Source: Acidimicrobiia bacterium
GTDB lineage: Bacteria; Actinomycetota; Acidimicrobiia; Spongiisociales; Spongiisociaceae
DNA: 64,000 nt
Direction: 5' to 3'
Assembly: GCA_009838635.1 (NCBI GenBank)
Contig: VXRE01000020.1
Location: 2,633 to 66,632 of the forward strand
Part shown: positions 53,374 to 64,000 of the stretch, piece after piece
Layout of the letters: every line of letters begins with the position of its first letter
How positions within the stretch are numbered: position 1 is the stretch's first letter
Notes under the pieces: model-generated
Database searches by the model: none
The model's input: the letters and a program-made list of their open reading frames with translations, nothing else
What the model was told of the DNA's origin: nothing
Translations under genes and position numbers: made by a program

Positions 53374-55745
53374 GCTCGACAAGTGTGCTGGGCGGCGTCG
53401 TAAGGCGCCGGGAGGATCCGGCCCTGATCCAGGGTGGCGGCCGCTACACGGACGATGTGAAGCTGGCGGGCACCGCCCACGTGGCCTTCGTCCGGAGCCC
53501 TTTCGCTCACGCCGACGTCCTGTCAGTCGACACGTCCGCCGCCGAGGCGATGGACGGCGTCCTGGCCGTCTACACCGCAGCCGACGTGGAGCACCTCGGC
53601 TCTCTGGTGGCGCAGGTGCCGGTCGGCGCCCTGCGGCCGCTGCTCAACAACGGCACCGTGAAGCACGTCGGCGAAGCGGTGGCCATGGTGGTCGCGGAAG
53701 ATCCGTACGTGGCGCGCGACGCCGCCGATGCGGTCGATGTCGACTACGACGCCCTAGCGGCGGTCGTGGACCTGAAGCACTCGCTTAGTGACGAGATGCT
53801 CGTTCACGAGGACATGGAGTCGAACACCCTGATTTCGTGGACCGGCCCGTTCGGCGCGGACGCCGATGCCCTGGCGGCCGTCAAGGCGGGTATCGATGAG
53901 CAGAAGTCGAGGGACGACGTGGTGGTGGTCTCCCAGGAGATGATCAACCAACGGCTCATCCCGGTTCCCATCGAGCCCCGTTCGGTCATGGCCGACTACC
54001 AGGTCGGCTACGGCCGCTTCGATGTCTACTCGTCCACCCAGATCCCGTCGGCGCTGGCCGGGGCCATCGGCAAGTACTTCGGTATGGCCCTCAACCAGGT
54101 GACCGTCAAGGCGATGGAGGTGGGCGGCGGTTTCGGCTGCAAGCTCAACGTCTACAACGACGAGGTGCTCGTGGCCTTTGCCTCGAAGCAACTGGGCTGC
54201 CCGGTCAAGTGGACCGAGACCCGCCGCGAGGCGGCCAACTCGACCATCCAGGGTCGCGGCTGGATAGCCACCGCCACCATGACCGGCACGACGGACGGTG
54301 AGATCCTCGGATTCGAGTTGGACGGCATCGCCGACATGGGCGCCTACTCGCAGAACTTTACCGTCGCCATCCCGTTCCTAGGGGTGTTCGTCGGGTCGGG
54401 CCAGTACTCCTTCCCCACGCACTGGAAGATGGACTGCGTCACCACCCACACGATGACCACGGACGCTTACCGGGGCGCCGGCCGACCGGAGGCCGCCTAC
54501 TACCTGGAGCGGGTCCTCGACATGTACGCGAGGAAGATCGGGGTGGACCCGGCCGAGGTGCGCCGCAAGAACTACATCTCGGCGAGCGAGTTCCCCGGGG
54601 CGGTCTCGCCCATGGGGTTCCCTATGGACACGGGTGACTACGAGACCAACCTGGATGCCGCCCTCGAGTCGGCCGGTTGGTCCGGCCTGCTGGCCGAGCG
54701 GGACGCCGCCCGGGCCGAGGGACGTCACGTCGGGGTCGGGATCGCCACCTATGTCGAGGTGTGCGGCTTCGGACCCTCGGGCCTGGTGGACCTCGGTTTC
54801 TCATGGGCCGAGTACCAGATGCCGTCGGCGTTCAACGGTTCGAGCCTGGTCAGAGTACATCCTGACGGATCGGCCACCGTATCGATCGGGACCGGACCCT
54901 CAGGCCAGGGCCACCAGACGACGTGGGCGCAGATCGTCGGCGACGGCCTCGGAATGGATGTCGACCGGATCCGGGTGATCCACGGCGACACCGAGGAGGC
55001 CCCGCCCAGCATCGGCACCTTCGGGTCCAGGTCCGCAGCGGTGGATGGCTCCGCCTGCTACGAGGCCACCCAGAAGGTCCAGGCCAAAGCTGCCAGGATC
55101 GCGGCCCACCTGCTCGAAGCGTCCGAGGATGACATCGAGTTCGCCGACGGAGGCGCCCATGTGGCCGGGACCGACAGTTCGGTCGGTTGGGACGAGATCG
55201 CCAAGGCGGCCTACCAGCCCCACGTCCTGCCGGAAGGCATGGAGGGGGGCTTGGAGGCGCATGCCATCTTCAGCCCCGGCAACGCCACGTGGCCGTTCGG
55301 GACCCACATCGCCATGGTGGAGGTCGATGCCGACACCGGGGACGTGAGGCTGTTGCGATACATCGGGATGGACGACTGCGGCAATGTGATCAGTCCGATG
55401 ATCGTGGACGGTCAGATCCACGGTGGCATTGCCCAGGGTGTCGGCCAGGCCATGTTCGAGGACGCGGTCTACGACATGGACGGGAACCTGCTGTCGGCCT
55501 CGCTGGTGGACTACATCCTGCCTACCGCGGTCGACCTGCCCTCGTTCGAGTTGGGCCGCACGGTGACGCCCACCGATATCAACCCGCTCGGGGTGAAGGG
55601 CATCGGCGAGGCGGGCACCATCGGCGCCGCGCAGACGGTTGTCAACGCGGTGGTAGACGCCTTGGAGTCGTTGGGGGTGACCCATATCGACATGCCTTTA
55701 CGCCCGCAACGGGTGTGGCAGGCCATCCAGGACGCCCAGGCGTAG
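53370..55745 (+). CDS. coxL: Molybdopterin-binding large subunit, form II CO-dehydrogenase-like (CoxL-II)
   Basis: 791 aa from ATG 53370, which overlaps the coxS stop. The active-site loop AYRGAGR at 54465-54485 is the form II signature, not the AYxCSFR of form I. Confidence 0.88.
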   Translation: MSSTSVLGGVVRRREDPALIQGGGRYTDDVKLAGTAHVAFVRSPFAHADVLSVDTSAAEAMDGVLAVYTAADVEHLGSLVAQVPVGALRPLLNNGTVKHVGEAVAMVVAEDPYVARDAADAVDVDYDALAAVVDLKHSLSDEMLVHEDMESNTLISWTGPFGADADALAAVKAGIDEQKSRDDVVVVSQEMINQRLIPVPIEPRSVMADYQVGYGRFDVYSSTQIPSALAGAIGKYFGMALNQVTVKAMEVGGGFGCKLNVYNDEVLVAFASKQLGCPVKWTETRREAANSTIQGRGWIATATMTGTTDGEILGFELDGIADMGAYSQNFTVAIPFLGVFVGSGQYSFPTHWKMDCVTTHTMTTDAYRGAGRPEAAYYLERVLDMYARKIGVDPAEVRRKNYISASEFPGAVSPMGFPMDTGDYETNLDAALESAGWSGLLAERDAARAEGRHVGVGIATYVEVCGFGPSGLVDLGFSWAEYQMPSAFNGSSLVRVHPDGSATVSIGTGPSGQGHQTTWAQIVGDGLGMDVDRIRVIHGDTEEAPPSIGTFGSRSAAVDGSACYEATQKVQAKAARIAAHLLEASEDDIEFADGGAHVAGTDSSVGWDEIAKAAYQPHVLPEGMEGGLEAHAIFSPGNATWPFGTHIAMVEVDADTGDVRLLRYIGMDDCGNVISPMIVDGQIHGGIAQGVGQAMFEDAVYDMDGNLLSASLVDYILPTAVDLPSFELGRTVTPTDINPLGVKGIGEAGTIGAAQTVVNAVVDALESLGVTHIDMPLRPQRVWQAIQDAQA

Positions 55746-55758
55746 GGAGGAGGAGCCC

Positions 55759-56625
55759 ATGTATCCACGACAGTTCGACTACGTAGCGCCCTCCAGCCTG
55801 GATGAGGCGCTGGCGGCTCTCGATGCGAATCCGGGAGCCAAGGTGCTGGCCGGCGGCATGAGCCTGCTGCCGATGATGAAGATGCGGCTGCTGTCGCCCG
55901 ACATGGTGGTGGACATCGGCCGGATCGGCGGGTTGGGTGACATCACCGACAACGGTGATTCCATCTCGATCGGTGCGCTGGTGACCCATAGCGAGGTTGC
56001 GGCCAGCGGCCTGGTCCAGGACCACGGCGCGGCGCTGGCCACTGCTGCTTCCTGGACGGGTGATCGCCAGGTCCGTAACCGGGGTACGTGTTGCGGGTCG
56101 ATGGTCCATGCCGATGTGGCGGCCGACCAGCCGGTCGCGGCGCTCGCTCTGGGCGCCACGATGGTGGCGGCGTCGTCGGGAGGCACGCGTGAGATCGCGG
56201 CCGCCGACTTCTTCGTGGACACGTTGATGTCCGCGTTGGAGCCCGGTGAGATCCTCACCGAGATGCGGATTCCCAAGGTCGGCGCCGGCACGGGTTCGGC
56301 CTATGACAAGCTGGGCCGCCGGGGTGGTCACACGGACTATGCGGTGGCCGGCGTGGCCGCTTCGGTGACCCGTTCCAACGGTTCGGTCAGCGCGGCCACC
56401 GTCGCGGTGACCGGTGTGGGCAGCCGTCCGGTCCTGGCCGCCGGAGTGGCCGATGCTCTGGTCGGTTCCGATGGTTCCGACGCCGCCGTCGAGGCAGCTG
56501 CGGCCCATGCGACCGCCGGGATCGACGTGCTGGAGGACCTGTACGGGTCGGTGGCCTACAAGACCCACCTGGCCCAGGTGTTCACAGCCCGGGCCGTGAA
56601 GGCAGCCCTGGCTGCGGCCGGGTAG
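55759..56625 (+). CDS. coxM: FAD-binding medium subunit (CoxM/CutM-like)
   Basis: 288 aa. MYPRQFDYVAPSSLDEALAAL ... KVLAGGMSLLPMMKMRL ... AYDKLGRR is typical of a FAD_binding_5/CO-dehydrogenase flavoprotein. Confidence 0.9.
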   Translation: MYPRQFDYVAPSSLDEALAALDANPGAKVLAGGMSLLPMMKMRLLSPDMVVDIGRIGGLGDITDNGDSISIGALVTHSEVAASGLVQDHGAALATAASWTGDRQVRNRGTCCGSMVHADVAADQPVAALALGATMVAASSGGTREIAAADFFVDTLMSALEPGEILTEMRIPKVGAGTGSAYDKLGRRGGHTDYAVAGVAASVTRSNGSVSAATVAVTGVGSRPVLAAGVADALVGSDGSDAAVEAAAAHATAGIDVLEDLYGSVAYKTHLAQVFTARAVKAALAAAG

Positions 56626-56700
56626 CTCCGAGGGAGGTACGTCCCGGCAGACCCTGCTGAGGCCGGCCGCCCGCATCATGAGGGCGTGTAACCTGGCGGA

Positions 56701-57585
<885 letters not shown>

Positions 57586-57592
57586 TCCTCTG

Positions 57593-58762
57593 ATGGCTGT
57601 CGGTGTGTTCGCCCAGAACGTGATCCACTTCGCGCGCTACCTGCGCGCCAAGGGCCTCGAGGTCGATCCGCGCACCGGCATGGAATTGCTCACCTCGGCC
57701 CACGTGTTGGGTCTCGAAGATGTTCGGGACATCAGGTGCGGGTTCCGGTCGCTGGTGGTAACCCGTCCCGATCAGCTGCCGGTGTTCGACGAGGCGTTCG
57801 AGCTGTTCTTCGGGTCGGGAGGGCGGAAGCGGACCCCCGTGGAGGCGGAGTCCGACCGGATGGTTCAGTCCTACCTCCCCGTGCTGACCTCGGCCGGCCA
57901 GCTCGACGAGGAGGATACGGAGGACAGCAGCGAACAGATGGGGGCTTCTCACGCGGAGCGTCTCGGCACCCGCGACTTCGGCGAACTGACAGCCGACGAG
58001 ATGGCCGAGGTGCGGAGGCTGATCTCTCGCATGGTGTGGAGACCGGCCGAGGCGCTGAGTCGCCGCTGGATGCCCGACTCGATGGGAAGCCGCCCCGACA
58101 TGCGCAGGACCCTCCGGAATGCGGTCGGTCCCCGCGGCGAGCTGCTGGAGATGGAGTTCCGATCCCGCCGGCCGCGCCGGCGCCCGCTGGTGATCATCGC
58201 TGACGTGAGCGGATCGATGGAGAAGTACGTGGAATTGCTGCTGTACTTCGCCCACTCCGCCCCGGCGCGGATGGGCCGGGTCGAGACCTTCGTGTTCTCC
58301 ACCCGGCTGACCCGCATCACCCACGAGCTCCGCCGCCGGGATCCGGCCATGGCGCTCCGCCTGGTGGCAGGCCGCGTACACGACTGGTCGGGCGGGACGC
58401 GGATCGGAGAAGCTCTGGCAACCTACAATCGGCACTGGAGTCGACGGGTGGCCAGAGGTGGTCCGATCGGAATTATCATCAGCGACGGATGGGACCGCGG
58501 AGATCCGGAACTGCTGAGCCAGGAGATGGCGCGGTTCTCGCGCTCCGTCCATCGAACCATCTGGCTGAATCCCCTGGCGGGCCGCAAGGGGTATTCGCCG
58601 GAGACCCGAGGGCTTAAGGCGGCGTTGCCGTACGTGGACGACTTCCTGCCCGCCGCCCGGCTGGTGGATCTGGGTGGAGTCATCCGGCTGTTGGAGTCGA
58701 TACCTCCCCACCCGAGCCAGGCCACGAGAGGATCGCCTAGACGAGGAGCCCGGGCATCATGA
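57593..58762 (+). CDS. coxE: VWA domain-containing protein (CoxE-like)
   Basis: [14 protein letters not shown] (MIDAS DxSxS) ... [11 protein letters not shown] ... [11 protein letters not shown]. Confidence 0.85.
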   Translation: MAVGVFAQNVIHFARYLRAKGLEVDPRTGMELLTSAHVLGLEDVRDIRCGFRSLVVTRPDQLPVFDEAFELFFGSGGRKRTPVEAESDRMVQSYLPVLTSAGQLDEEDTEDSSEQMGASHAERLGTRDFGELTADEMAEVRRLISRMVWRPAEALSRRWMPDSMGSRPDMRRTLRNAVGPRGELLEMEFRSRRPRRRPLVIIADVSGSMEKYVELLLYFAHSAPARMGRVETFVFSTRLTRITHELRRRDPAMALRLVAGRVHDWSGGTRIGEALATYNRHWSRRVARGGPIGIIISDGWDRGDPELLSQEMARFSRSVHRTIWLNPLAGRKGYSPETRGLKAALPYVDDFLPAARLVDLGGVIRLLESIPPHPSQATRGSPRRGARAS

Positions 58763-59067
58763 AGGATGCGCTGAGTGTCTACAACCGATGGATCGAGGAA
58801 GGGAAGCAGGTCGCGGTGGCGACGGTGGTGCGGGTCAAGGGCTCGGCTCCCCGCCCCGAGGGCGCCAAGTTCCTGGTGTCATCCGAAGGTGACATGGAGG
58901 GCTCGGTGAGCGGTGGCTGCGTCGAGAACGACGTGTTCCTCCACGCCCAGGAGGTGCTCGCAACGGGAGAACCTCGCCTGGTGACCTACGGCATCGCCGA
59001 CGAAGACGCCTTCGAGGTGGGTCTGGCGTGCGGAGGGACCATCCAGGTGCTGGTCGAGAAATGGTAA
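58759..59067 (+). CDS. XdhC/CoxI-family N-terminal-domain protein (stand-alone)
   Basis: 102 aa. [40 protein letters not shown] ... is the XdhC_CoxI domain. Confidence 0.8.
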   Translation: MKDALSVYNRWIEEGKQVAVATVVRVKGSAPRPEGAKFLVSSEGDMEGSVSGGCVENDVFLHAQEVLATGEPRLVTYGIADEDAFEVGLACGGTIQVLVEKW

Positions 59068-59849
59068 GCACCCAGCTGGAGGCGGTCCGTAGGCTCGTCG
59101 AGGAGGAGCGGCTGGGGGCCGTCACCACCGTGGTCGAAGGCCCCGCCGCCGGCGCCAAGGCGGTGCTGGATCGGGCGGACGGGCTGGTGGCCGGGACCAT
59201 CCCCGCCGAGATACTCGACGCCGTGCAGGCCGACGCGGCCAGCCTCATGGACCGTGAGCAGAGCCGTACCCTCGGATACGGGGAGCACGAGGTGTACATC
59301 GAAACGGTGGCGCCCCAACCACGGCTCCTGATCATCGGGGCGGTTCACATCGCGCAGGAGCTGTGCCGGATCGCTCACGGCCTGGGCTTCAGGGTGGTCG
59401 TCACCGACTCCCGTCCGTTCTTCACCACGCCCGAGCGCTTTCCCGAGGCCCATCAGGTGATCGTCGGGTGGCCGGGAGAGATCGAGGACCAACTGGACAT
59501 CGACCGCCGGACCTATGTGGTGATGCTCAGCCATGACGCCCGTTTCGAGGATCCGATGCTGCCGCTCGTACTACCCAGTGAAGTCAAGTACATCGGGGTC
59601 ATGGGAAGCCGCCGCACCCACCGGAAGCGGGTGGAACGGCTGCGCAAGGCCGGGTTCCCCGAGGATCAGATCGCCAGGATCCGCGGCCCGGTCGGGCTCG
59701 ACATCGGCGCCGAGCAACCCGGCGAGGTGGCCATATCCATCCTGGCCGAGATGATCCAGGTCCGGTACGGGTCGGGTACCGGGGAGTCTCTCGTCGGGCG
59801 GAGGGGCCGGGTCCACCTTCAACGCACGGAGGATGCCGGAGACCTATGA
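59061..59849 (+). CDS. XdhC-family molybdenum-cofactor insertion accessory protein (N-domain plus Rossmann domain)
   Basis: ATG 59061 overlaps the upstream [22 protein letters not shown] ... [33 protein letters not shown] ... [14 protein letters not shown]. Confidence 0.85.
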   Translation: MVSTQLEAVRRLVEEERLGAVTTVVEGPAAGAKAVLDRADGLVAGTIPAEILDAVQADAASLMDREQSRTLGYGEHEVYIETVAPQPRLLIIGAVHIAQELCRIAHGLGFRVVVTDSRPFFTTPERFPEAHQVIVGWPGEIEDQLDIDRRTYVVMLSHDARFEDPMLPLVLPSEVKYIGVMGSRRTHRKRVERLRKAGFPEDQIARIRGPVGLDIGAEQPGEVAISILAEMIQVRYGSGTGESLVGRRGRVHLQRTEDAGDL

Positions 59850-59898
59850 CCGTTCCTGGTCGGGTTCCGTCCAACCGTCAACGCTCGTTCGCCCGGTC

Positions 59899-60492
59899 AT
59901 GATGACTGCGGCGCTCGTCCTGGCCGGAGGTGAGTCGAAGCGCTTCGGCAGTTCCAAACAGCTCGCCGAGTGGAGAGGGAAGCCGCTTTTGGCGCACGTG
60001 GTGGCGCTGGTGAAGGGTTGGCCGGAGGTGGGCGCGGTCTACGTGGTGCTTGGCGCCCGTGCCGAACAGATCATGGAAGCGGTCGATCTCGGCGATGCCG
60101 CGGTCATAGAGAACCTGGAGTGGCGGGAAGGGATGGGTTCCTCGCTACGGGTCGGGCTGGACTTCCTGGTGGGCGAGCGCTCGGTCGATCAGGCCCTGGT
60201 GGTGCTCGGGGACCAACCGAACGTGCCCGGCGACGTCGTGCCCCGGCTTCTCGAGGCGCGGAAGCGGTCACGGCGACCGGTGGTCATCCCCCGGTACCGC
60301 TTGACCCGCGGACACCCGGTGCTGATCCATCGATCCCTGTGGCCGACCCTGATTACCGGGCTGAGCGGTGACCGTGGGGCTCGCAATCTCTTCCTGGCCC
60401 ATCCCGACTGGGTGGAGGAGGTGCACGTGGACGCCATGCCGCCCGGAGACGTCGACACGCCCGAGGATCTCCGCCGCCTGGACAGGTCCTGA
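59899..60492 (+). CDS. MobA/MocA-like nucleotidyltransferase (molybdenum cofactor cytidylyl/guanylyl-transferase)
   Basis: MMTAALVLAGGESKRFGSSKQLAEWRGKPLL ... VVLGDQPNV ... DVDTPEDL. Confidence 0.85.
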   Translation: MMTAALVLAGGESKRFGSSKQLAEWRGKPLLAHVVALVKGWPEVGAVYVVLGARAEQIMEAVDLGDAAVIENLEWREGMGSSLRVGLDFLVGERSVDQALVVLGDQPNVPGDVVPRLLEARKRSRRPVVIPRYRLTRGHPVLIHRSLWPTLITGLSGDRGARNLFLAHPDWVEEVHVDAMPPGDVDTPEDLRRLDRS

Positions 60493-60653
60493 CAGCCGGG
60501 CACGTCACGATGTGCTCGATCTGGTTGGCCTCGACTCCTCATGGACAGGACTCTGGAGGCGGAGTGGGGTGGAGTTCGGCCTCCTCAGCGGGGGTCAGCG
60601 ATCTCGATGACTCCGATCGGGTCTATCCTCTCTGAGTAACGCGTGGAGGATGC

Positions 60654-61670
60654 TTGATGATCATCGTCATGAAGTCGGGGGCTACACAAGAGCACATCGA
60701 CAAGGTGGTGCGGCGCCTGGCCGCGATCGGCTCCGAAGCCCACATCTCGGTGGGACAGGTCCGCACTGTCATCGGTGCTATCGGGGACCGGGAGGTGATC
60801 CAGCAACAGCCGTGGCTGGCCATGCCCGGAGTGGAGCGGGCGGTACCGGTGCTGAAGCCGTACAAGTTCGTGTCCCGTGAGTTCCAGGCTGAGGACACGG
60901 TCATAAAGGTGAGAAACGCCCAGGTCGGAGGCGGCGTCTTCGCCCCGATCGCCGGTCCGTGCGCGGTCGAGACGCGGGACCAACTGTTTCGCACGGCCGA
61001 GGCGGTGCTCGATGCGGGCGCCACCATCCTGCGAGGGGATGCCTTCAAGCCCAGGACGAGCCCCTTCTCCTTCCAGGGCTTGGCCGAGGACGGCCTCCAG
61101 CTCATGGCCGAGGCGCGCGAGGAGTTCGGCCTTCCGTTCGTCGCCGAGGTGCTCGATCCGCGGGATGTGGACCTGGTCGCCGGCTACGCGGACATGTTGC
61201 GGATCGGCACCAGGAACATGGCGAACTACGCGCTGCTCTCAGAGGTGGGCCGGGTTCACAAGCCGGTGCAGCTCAAGCGAGGTTTCACAGCCACCATCGA
61301 TGAGTGGCTCAATGCCGCCGAGTACATATACAAGGAAGGGAATCACGAGGTCGTCCTGGTGGAACGGGGGATCCGGACCTTCGAGACGGCCACCCGGAAC
61401 ACGCTCGACATATCGGCGGCGCCGGTGATCAAGCACATGTCCCACCTACCGGTGATCATCGATCCCTCCCATTCGTCAGGCCGTCGCCATCTGGTTGCCC
61501 CCCTGGCTCGAGCCGCCATCGCGGTGGGCGCCGATGGGTTCATCGTGGATGTGCATCCCACCCCCGAGACAGCCCAGGTCGACGGCGACCAGGCGTTGCT
61601 ACCGGCCGAATTCGCCGAGTTGATGGACCAGATGCGAGGTCTGGCCGCAGCTCTCGGCGTCGCGATATAG
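60654..61670 (+). CDS. 3-deoxy-7-phosphoheptulonate (DAHP) synthase, type I-beta, with an N-terminal ferredoxin-like regulatory domain
   Basis: N-terminal MIIVMKSGATQEHIDKVVRRLAAIG (ACT/FL-like). Then the catalytic core IAGPCAVETRDQL ... LRGDAFKPRTSPFSFQGL ... IGTRNMANY ... VVLVERGIRTFE ... DPSHSSGRR. Confidence 0.9.
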   Translation: MMIIVMKSGATQEHIDKVVRRLAAIGSEAHISVGQVRTVIGAIGDREVIQQQPWLAMPGVERAVPVLKPYKFVSREFQAEDTVIKVRNAQVGGGVFAPIAGPCAVETRDQLFRTAEAVLDAGATILRGDAFKPRTSPFSFQGLAEDGLQLMAEAREEFGLPFVAEVLDPRDVDLVAGYADMLRIGTRNMANYALLSEVGRVHKPVQLKRGFTATIDEWLNAAEYIYKEGNHEVVLVERGIRTFETATRNTLDISAAPVIKHMSHLPVIIDPSHSSGRRHLVAPLARAAIAVGADGFIVDVHPTPETAQVDGDQALLPAEFAELMDQMRGLAAALGVAI

Positions 61671-61688
61671 ATCTGACCAGCAGTCCGG

Positions 61689-62711
61689 ATGCGTCGAGCC
61701 GCAATCTTCGGCACGGGGTTGATCGGGGCGTCCCTCGGCATGGCCCTCCGGCGGGTCGGCTGGACGGTTGCCGGGTGGGATCCCGATCGCACTGCGCTGG
61801 AAGTGGCGGCGGAGCGGGGCGCGGTGGACGAGGCGTGCGAGAGCCGGGAGGATGCCCTTCCGGGCTCGGATATGGTGGTCCTGGCCGGACCTCTCACCGC
61901 CACCCTCGAGACCCTGCCGGGCTTGCGTACCGACGCCCTGGTGACGGATGTGGCCGGGGTGAAGCGACCCGTGGTCGACGCACGGCCGGCAGGCATGCGA
62001 ATGGTGGCCGGGCATCCGATGGCGGGTCTCGAGCAGGCCGGTCCGGCAGCCGCCTCGCCCTCTCTCTTCAAGGGCGCCGCCTGGGTCATCTGTCCCGACA
62101 AGGCTGATGCGGACGATGTCGAGACGCTCGAATCGATAGTCGAATCGGTGGGCGCCATGCCGTACCGGCTTCCGGCTGCCGAGCACGATCGGGTGGTGGC
62201 CGACATCTCGCACCTTCCCCAGGTACTCGCCGTCTCGTTGATCAACCTGATCACGCGCCGGGATCCGGCCGCCGCGCGCCTGGTGGCAGGCTCCTTCCGC
62301 GACCTGACCCGGGTGGCTGCCTCCGAGCCGCGCTGGTGGCCGGAGGTCCTGGCCGCCAACGAGGCCAACGTCAGCGACTCCATCGAACGGCTGATGAGAC
62401 TGCTCGAAGAGGTTCGTCAGGAGGTGGCGCATGGTGATTCCGGCCCGCTGACCGCTCGGATCGAAGAGGCCAGGAGCAGGCGGCAGGCCATGGCGCCCCC
62501 GGTGGTGAGGGTAGGCGTGGTGCTCCAGGACCGCCCGGGCGAGATCGCCAAGGTGGGACGGGCGCTCGAGCACAGCGGTGTGGATGTCCGCGACCTCCAA
62601 CTCCGCCATGCCCTCCACGGGGGAGGCGGCATCCTCACGCTGTCAGTACGACCGGCGGAGGCGGACCCGCTACGCGCCGCGTTGCTGGAGGCGGACTTCT
62701 CGCTGGAGTAA
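61689..62711 (+). CDS. tyrA: Prephenate dehydrogenase with a C-terminal ACT domain
   Basis: AAIFGTGLIGASLGMAL (NAD fold) ... DVAGVKRP ... VAGHPMAG ... HDRVVADISHLPQVLA, then an ACT-like tail (VVLQDRPGEIAKVGRALEHSGVDVRDL). Confidence 0.88.
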   Translation: MRRAAIFGTGLIGASLGMALRRVGWTVAGWDPDRTALEVAAERGAVDEACESREDALPGSDMVVLAGPLTATLETLPGLRTDALVTDVAGVKRPVVDARPAGMRMVAGHPMAGLEQAGPAAASPSLFKGAAWVICPDKADADDVETLESIVESVGAMPYRLPAAEHDRVVADISHLPQVLAVSLINLITRRDPAAARLVAGSFRDLTRVAASEPRWWPEVLAANEANVSDSIERLMRLLEEVRQEVAHGDSGPLTARIEEARSRRQAMAPPVVRVGVVLQDRPGEIAKVGRALEHSGVDVRDLQLRHALHGGGGILTLSVRPAEADPLRAALLEADFSLE

Positions 62712-62871
62712 CCGTCCCAGGGTGAACGAAGGTGGCTCTGGTCCGTTCACAGCGGCAGTTCTCGGCGGGCCTGTTCGAGGCCTTGCGCGGCCGGGGGCCT
62801 CGGGCATGGCTTTCCTGGGTGCGTTCCAGAAGCCCTGGGAGTGGCTGGGTTGAATGAGGTCGGGTAGCCCC

Positions 62872-63081
62872 TCAGGTGGAGACGAGATGGGCCGTGGCTT
62901 GGGGTTCCGGGACGAGGTCTCCATTCGCCCGGAGCATCTCGATGTGATAGCCGACGGCTTCACGGATCAGGGATTCCGTTTCCTCCAAGGTGTCGCCGGC
63001 GGTGATGCATCCCGGCAGATCCGGAACGTATGCGCCGTAGCCGTTGCCGGTTCGTTCGATGACCGCGATGTAACTCGTCAT
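62872..63081 (-). CDS. hicB: HicB-family antitoxin (UPF0150-type, short form)
   Basis: 69 aa from ATG 63081: MTSYIAVIERTGNGYGAYVPDLPGCITAGDTLEETESLIREAVGYHIEML. Confidence 0.8.
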   Translation of the reverse strand: MTSYIAVIERTGNGYGAYVPDLPGCITAGDTLEETESLIREAVGYHIEMLRANGDLVPEPQATAHLVST

Positions 63082-63230
63082 AGGGACCCTTTCTCGAGGC
63101 CGGCTTGCTTGACGATGCTGGCTCTCATGTCCGGCAAGAGGTCTTTGCCCATGTGCCCGGCAATCGTAACGGTGCCCGGCTTGTCCGAGTGGTGGATTGC
63201 CGCATGAGCCCTCCGGCTCCGTAGCGCCTC
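63078..63230 (-). pseudogene. hicA: hicA toxin remnant (the C-terminal ~50 codons only, with no usable start)
   Basis: The minus-strand frame reads EALRSRRAHAAIHHSDKPGTVTIAGHMGKDLLPDMRASIVKQAGLEKGSL-stop. Its TGA overlaps the hicB ATG (ATGA). An in-frame TAG lies at 63231-63233. There is no ATG/GTG/TTG before the internal Met. Confidence 0.6.
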
Positions 63231-63246
63231 CTAGACTCCGCGGACT

Positions 63247-64000
63247 ATGGAGACCATCCGGGTTGCCGGGGCGCAGATCAACCTCCGGGTCGGCGACCTT
63301 GCTCACAACGAAGCCCGGATCCGAGACGCCATGAGCTGGGCGGAAGCAGAGGGCGCTGACGTCCTTCTCCTTCCCGAGTTGGCCATTCCCGGCTATCCGC
63401 CAGAGGACCTGGTGATCCGAAGGGGTTTCGTGGATGCCAACCTGGGCGTGCTGGACGAGCTTGCCGGCCATGCCGGGTCGACGGTCACCGTGGTGGGGGT
63501 CGTTAGTCGGGTACGGCCCGGCGGTTCGGCGACCGACGGTCGTGATTCCTTTCCGGTGGCGAACGCGGCAGCCCTACTCCACCAGGGTCAGATCAGAGGC
63601 ATCTACAACAAGGTTCTCTTGCCCAACTACGGCGTGTTCGACGAACAACGCTACTTCGTGGCGGGTTCCGTACCGGGGGCGGTCTGGAATGTCGGCGGCG
63701 TGGCGGTGGGAGTCTCCATATGCGAGGACATTTGGGTTCCCGATGGACCACCTTCTGCTCAGGTCGCCGCGGGAGCCCAGGTACTTCTCAACATCAACGG
63801 ATCGCCCTTCCACGTCTCGAAGGACGCGGAGCGGGTTCGCCACATCGAGCGGGAAGCGGTCAATGCCCGGGTGCCCGTGGTCTATCTCAACCTGGTGGGC
63901 GGGCAGGATGAGCTGGTCTTCGACGGCGGGTCGATCGTGATGGACCGGGAGGGTTCCATCCAGTACCGGGCCCCGCGCTTCGAAGAGGACCTGTTCGTGG
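63247..64000 (+). CDS. nadE: Glutamine-dependent NAD+ synthetase, N-terminal CN-hydrolase domain (runs off the window)
   Basis: Not in the ORF track because there is no stop inside the window. METIRVAGAQINLRVGDLAHNEARIRDAMSWAEAEGADVLLLPELAIPGYPPEDL ... VSICEDIW ... LLNINGSPF. Confidence 0.85.
   Translation, partial: METIRVAGAQINLRVGDLAHNEARIRDAMSWAEAEGADVLLLPELAIPGYPPEDLVIRRGFVDANLGVLDELAGHAGSTVTVVGVVSRVRPGGSATDGRDSFPVANAAALLHQGQIRGIYNKVLLPNYGVFDEQRYFVAGSVPGAVWNVGGVAVGVSICEDIWVPDGPPSAQVAAGAQVLLNINGSPFHVSKDAERVRHIEREAVNARVPVVYLNLVGGQDELVFDGGSIVMDREGSIQYRAPRFEEDLFV

Noticed and set aside
58759-59849. The XdhC region considered as a single gene split by a frameshift (a pseudogene).
   Set aside because: The second ORF carries its own complete XdhC N-domain ([19 protein letters not shown]...) plus the Rossmann domain, so the upstream 102-aa ORF is an additional stand-alone N-domain protein. 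The ATG/TAA overlap looks like normal coupling.
60493-60653. A possible attenuator or riboswitch upstream of the DAHP synthase gene. The same was considered for the regions upstream of dxs (16037-16115) and amt/rpmB (42158-42306).
   Set aside because: Only short, unremarkable stems were visible by eye. There was no leader peptide rich in aromatic codons and no recognisable riboswitch core, so the evidence is insufficient to call.

Overview
This is a densely coding, high-GC chromosomal segment of actinobacterial type. I estimate roughly two-thirds G+C from hand counts on sample lines. Family-level hallmarks include dnaK-grpE-dnaJ-hspR, DUF3151, clpS-DUF2017, LprG-MFS, MMPL and an F420-type LLM oxidoreductase.

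Most of the window is housekeeping:
- heat-shock operon (dnaK 3' end, grpE, dnaJ, hspR), menB, and an NfeD/SPFH pair
- an AapJQMP-type amino-acid ABC transporter with abnormally large permeases
- dxs, a phosphoribosyltransferase, an MscS channel, a tandem USP, and a tRNA with anticodon CAT
- hyuA/hyuB plus an amidohydrolase, VapBC, and ctaA-ctaB coupled to a YbaY-like lipoprotein
- a redoxin, two pheA paralogs, and a ThDP enzyme
- an LprG-MFS-flavoprotein operon with an adjacent MMPL gene
- a His-rich CDF, amt, rpmB, an ABC ATPase, a 2-hydroxyacid dehydrogenase, an HhH-GPD protein, udk and proC
- an Rv0338c-like membrane Fe-S reductase
- a form-II CO-dehydrogenase-like coxS-L-M-D-E-xdhC-mocA cluster
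- DAHP synthase-tyrA, HicB, and the nadE 5' end

No transposase, integrase, CRISPR array or rRNA was seen.

The most notable observations:
1. A family of CTAG-containing heptad arrays, (TAGTTGC)n ... (GCAACTA)n, sits exactly between convergent genes at four loci, plus one decayed copy. The outermost TAG/CTA triplets serve as the stop codons of the flanking genes.
2. A GrdB/PrdB-family gene is interrupted by a single in-frame TGA in a U-x-x-C context with a downstream hairpin. This is a candidate selenoprotein, translationally coupled to menB.
3. A 108-bp element has 18-20 bp terminal inverted repeats that pair an SD-like with an anti-SD-like sequence.
4. A 161-codon tandem duplication lies inside an 828-aa ABC permease.
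5. A small tRNA-flanked islet carries a frameshifted PD-(D/E)XK nuclease-RAMA gene.
6. Low-GC insertions are present (carrier protein + hydrolase; a flavoprotein inside a lipid-export-like operon).
7. There are TA-module oddities: vapC has no canonical start, and hicA is degraded.

All calls come from reading the translations and sequence by eye. No database search was run.
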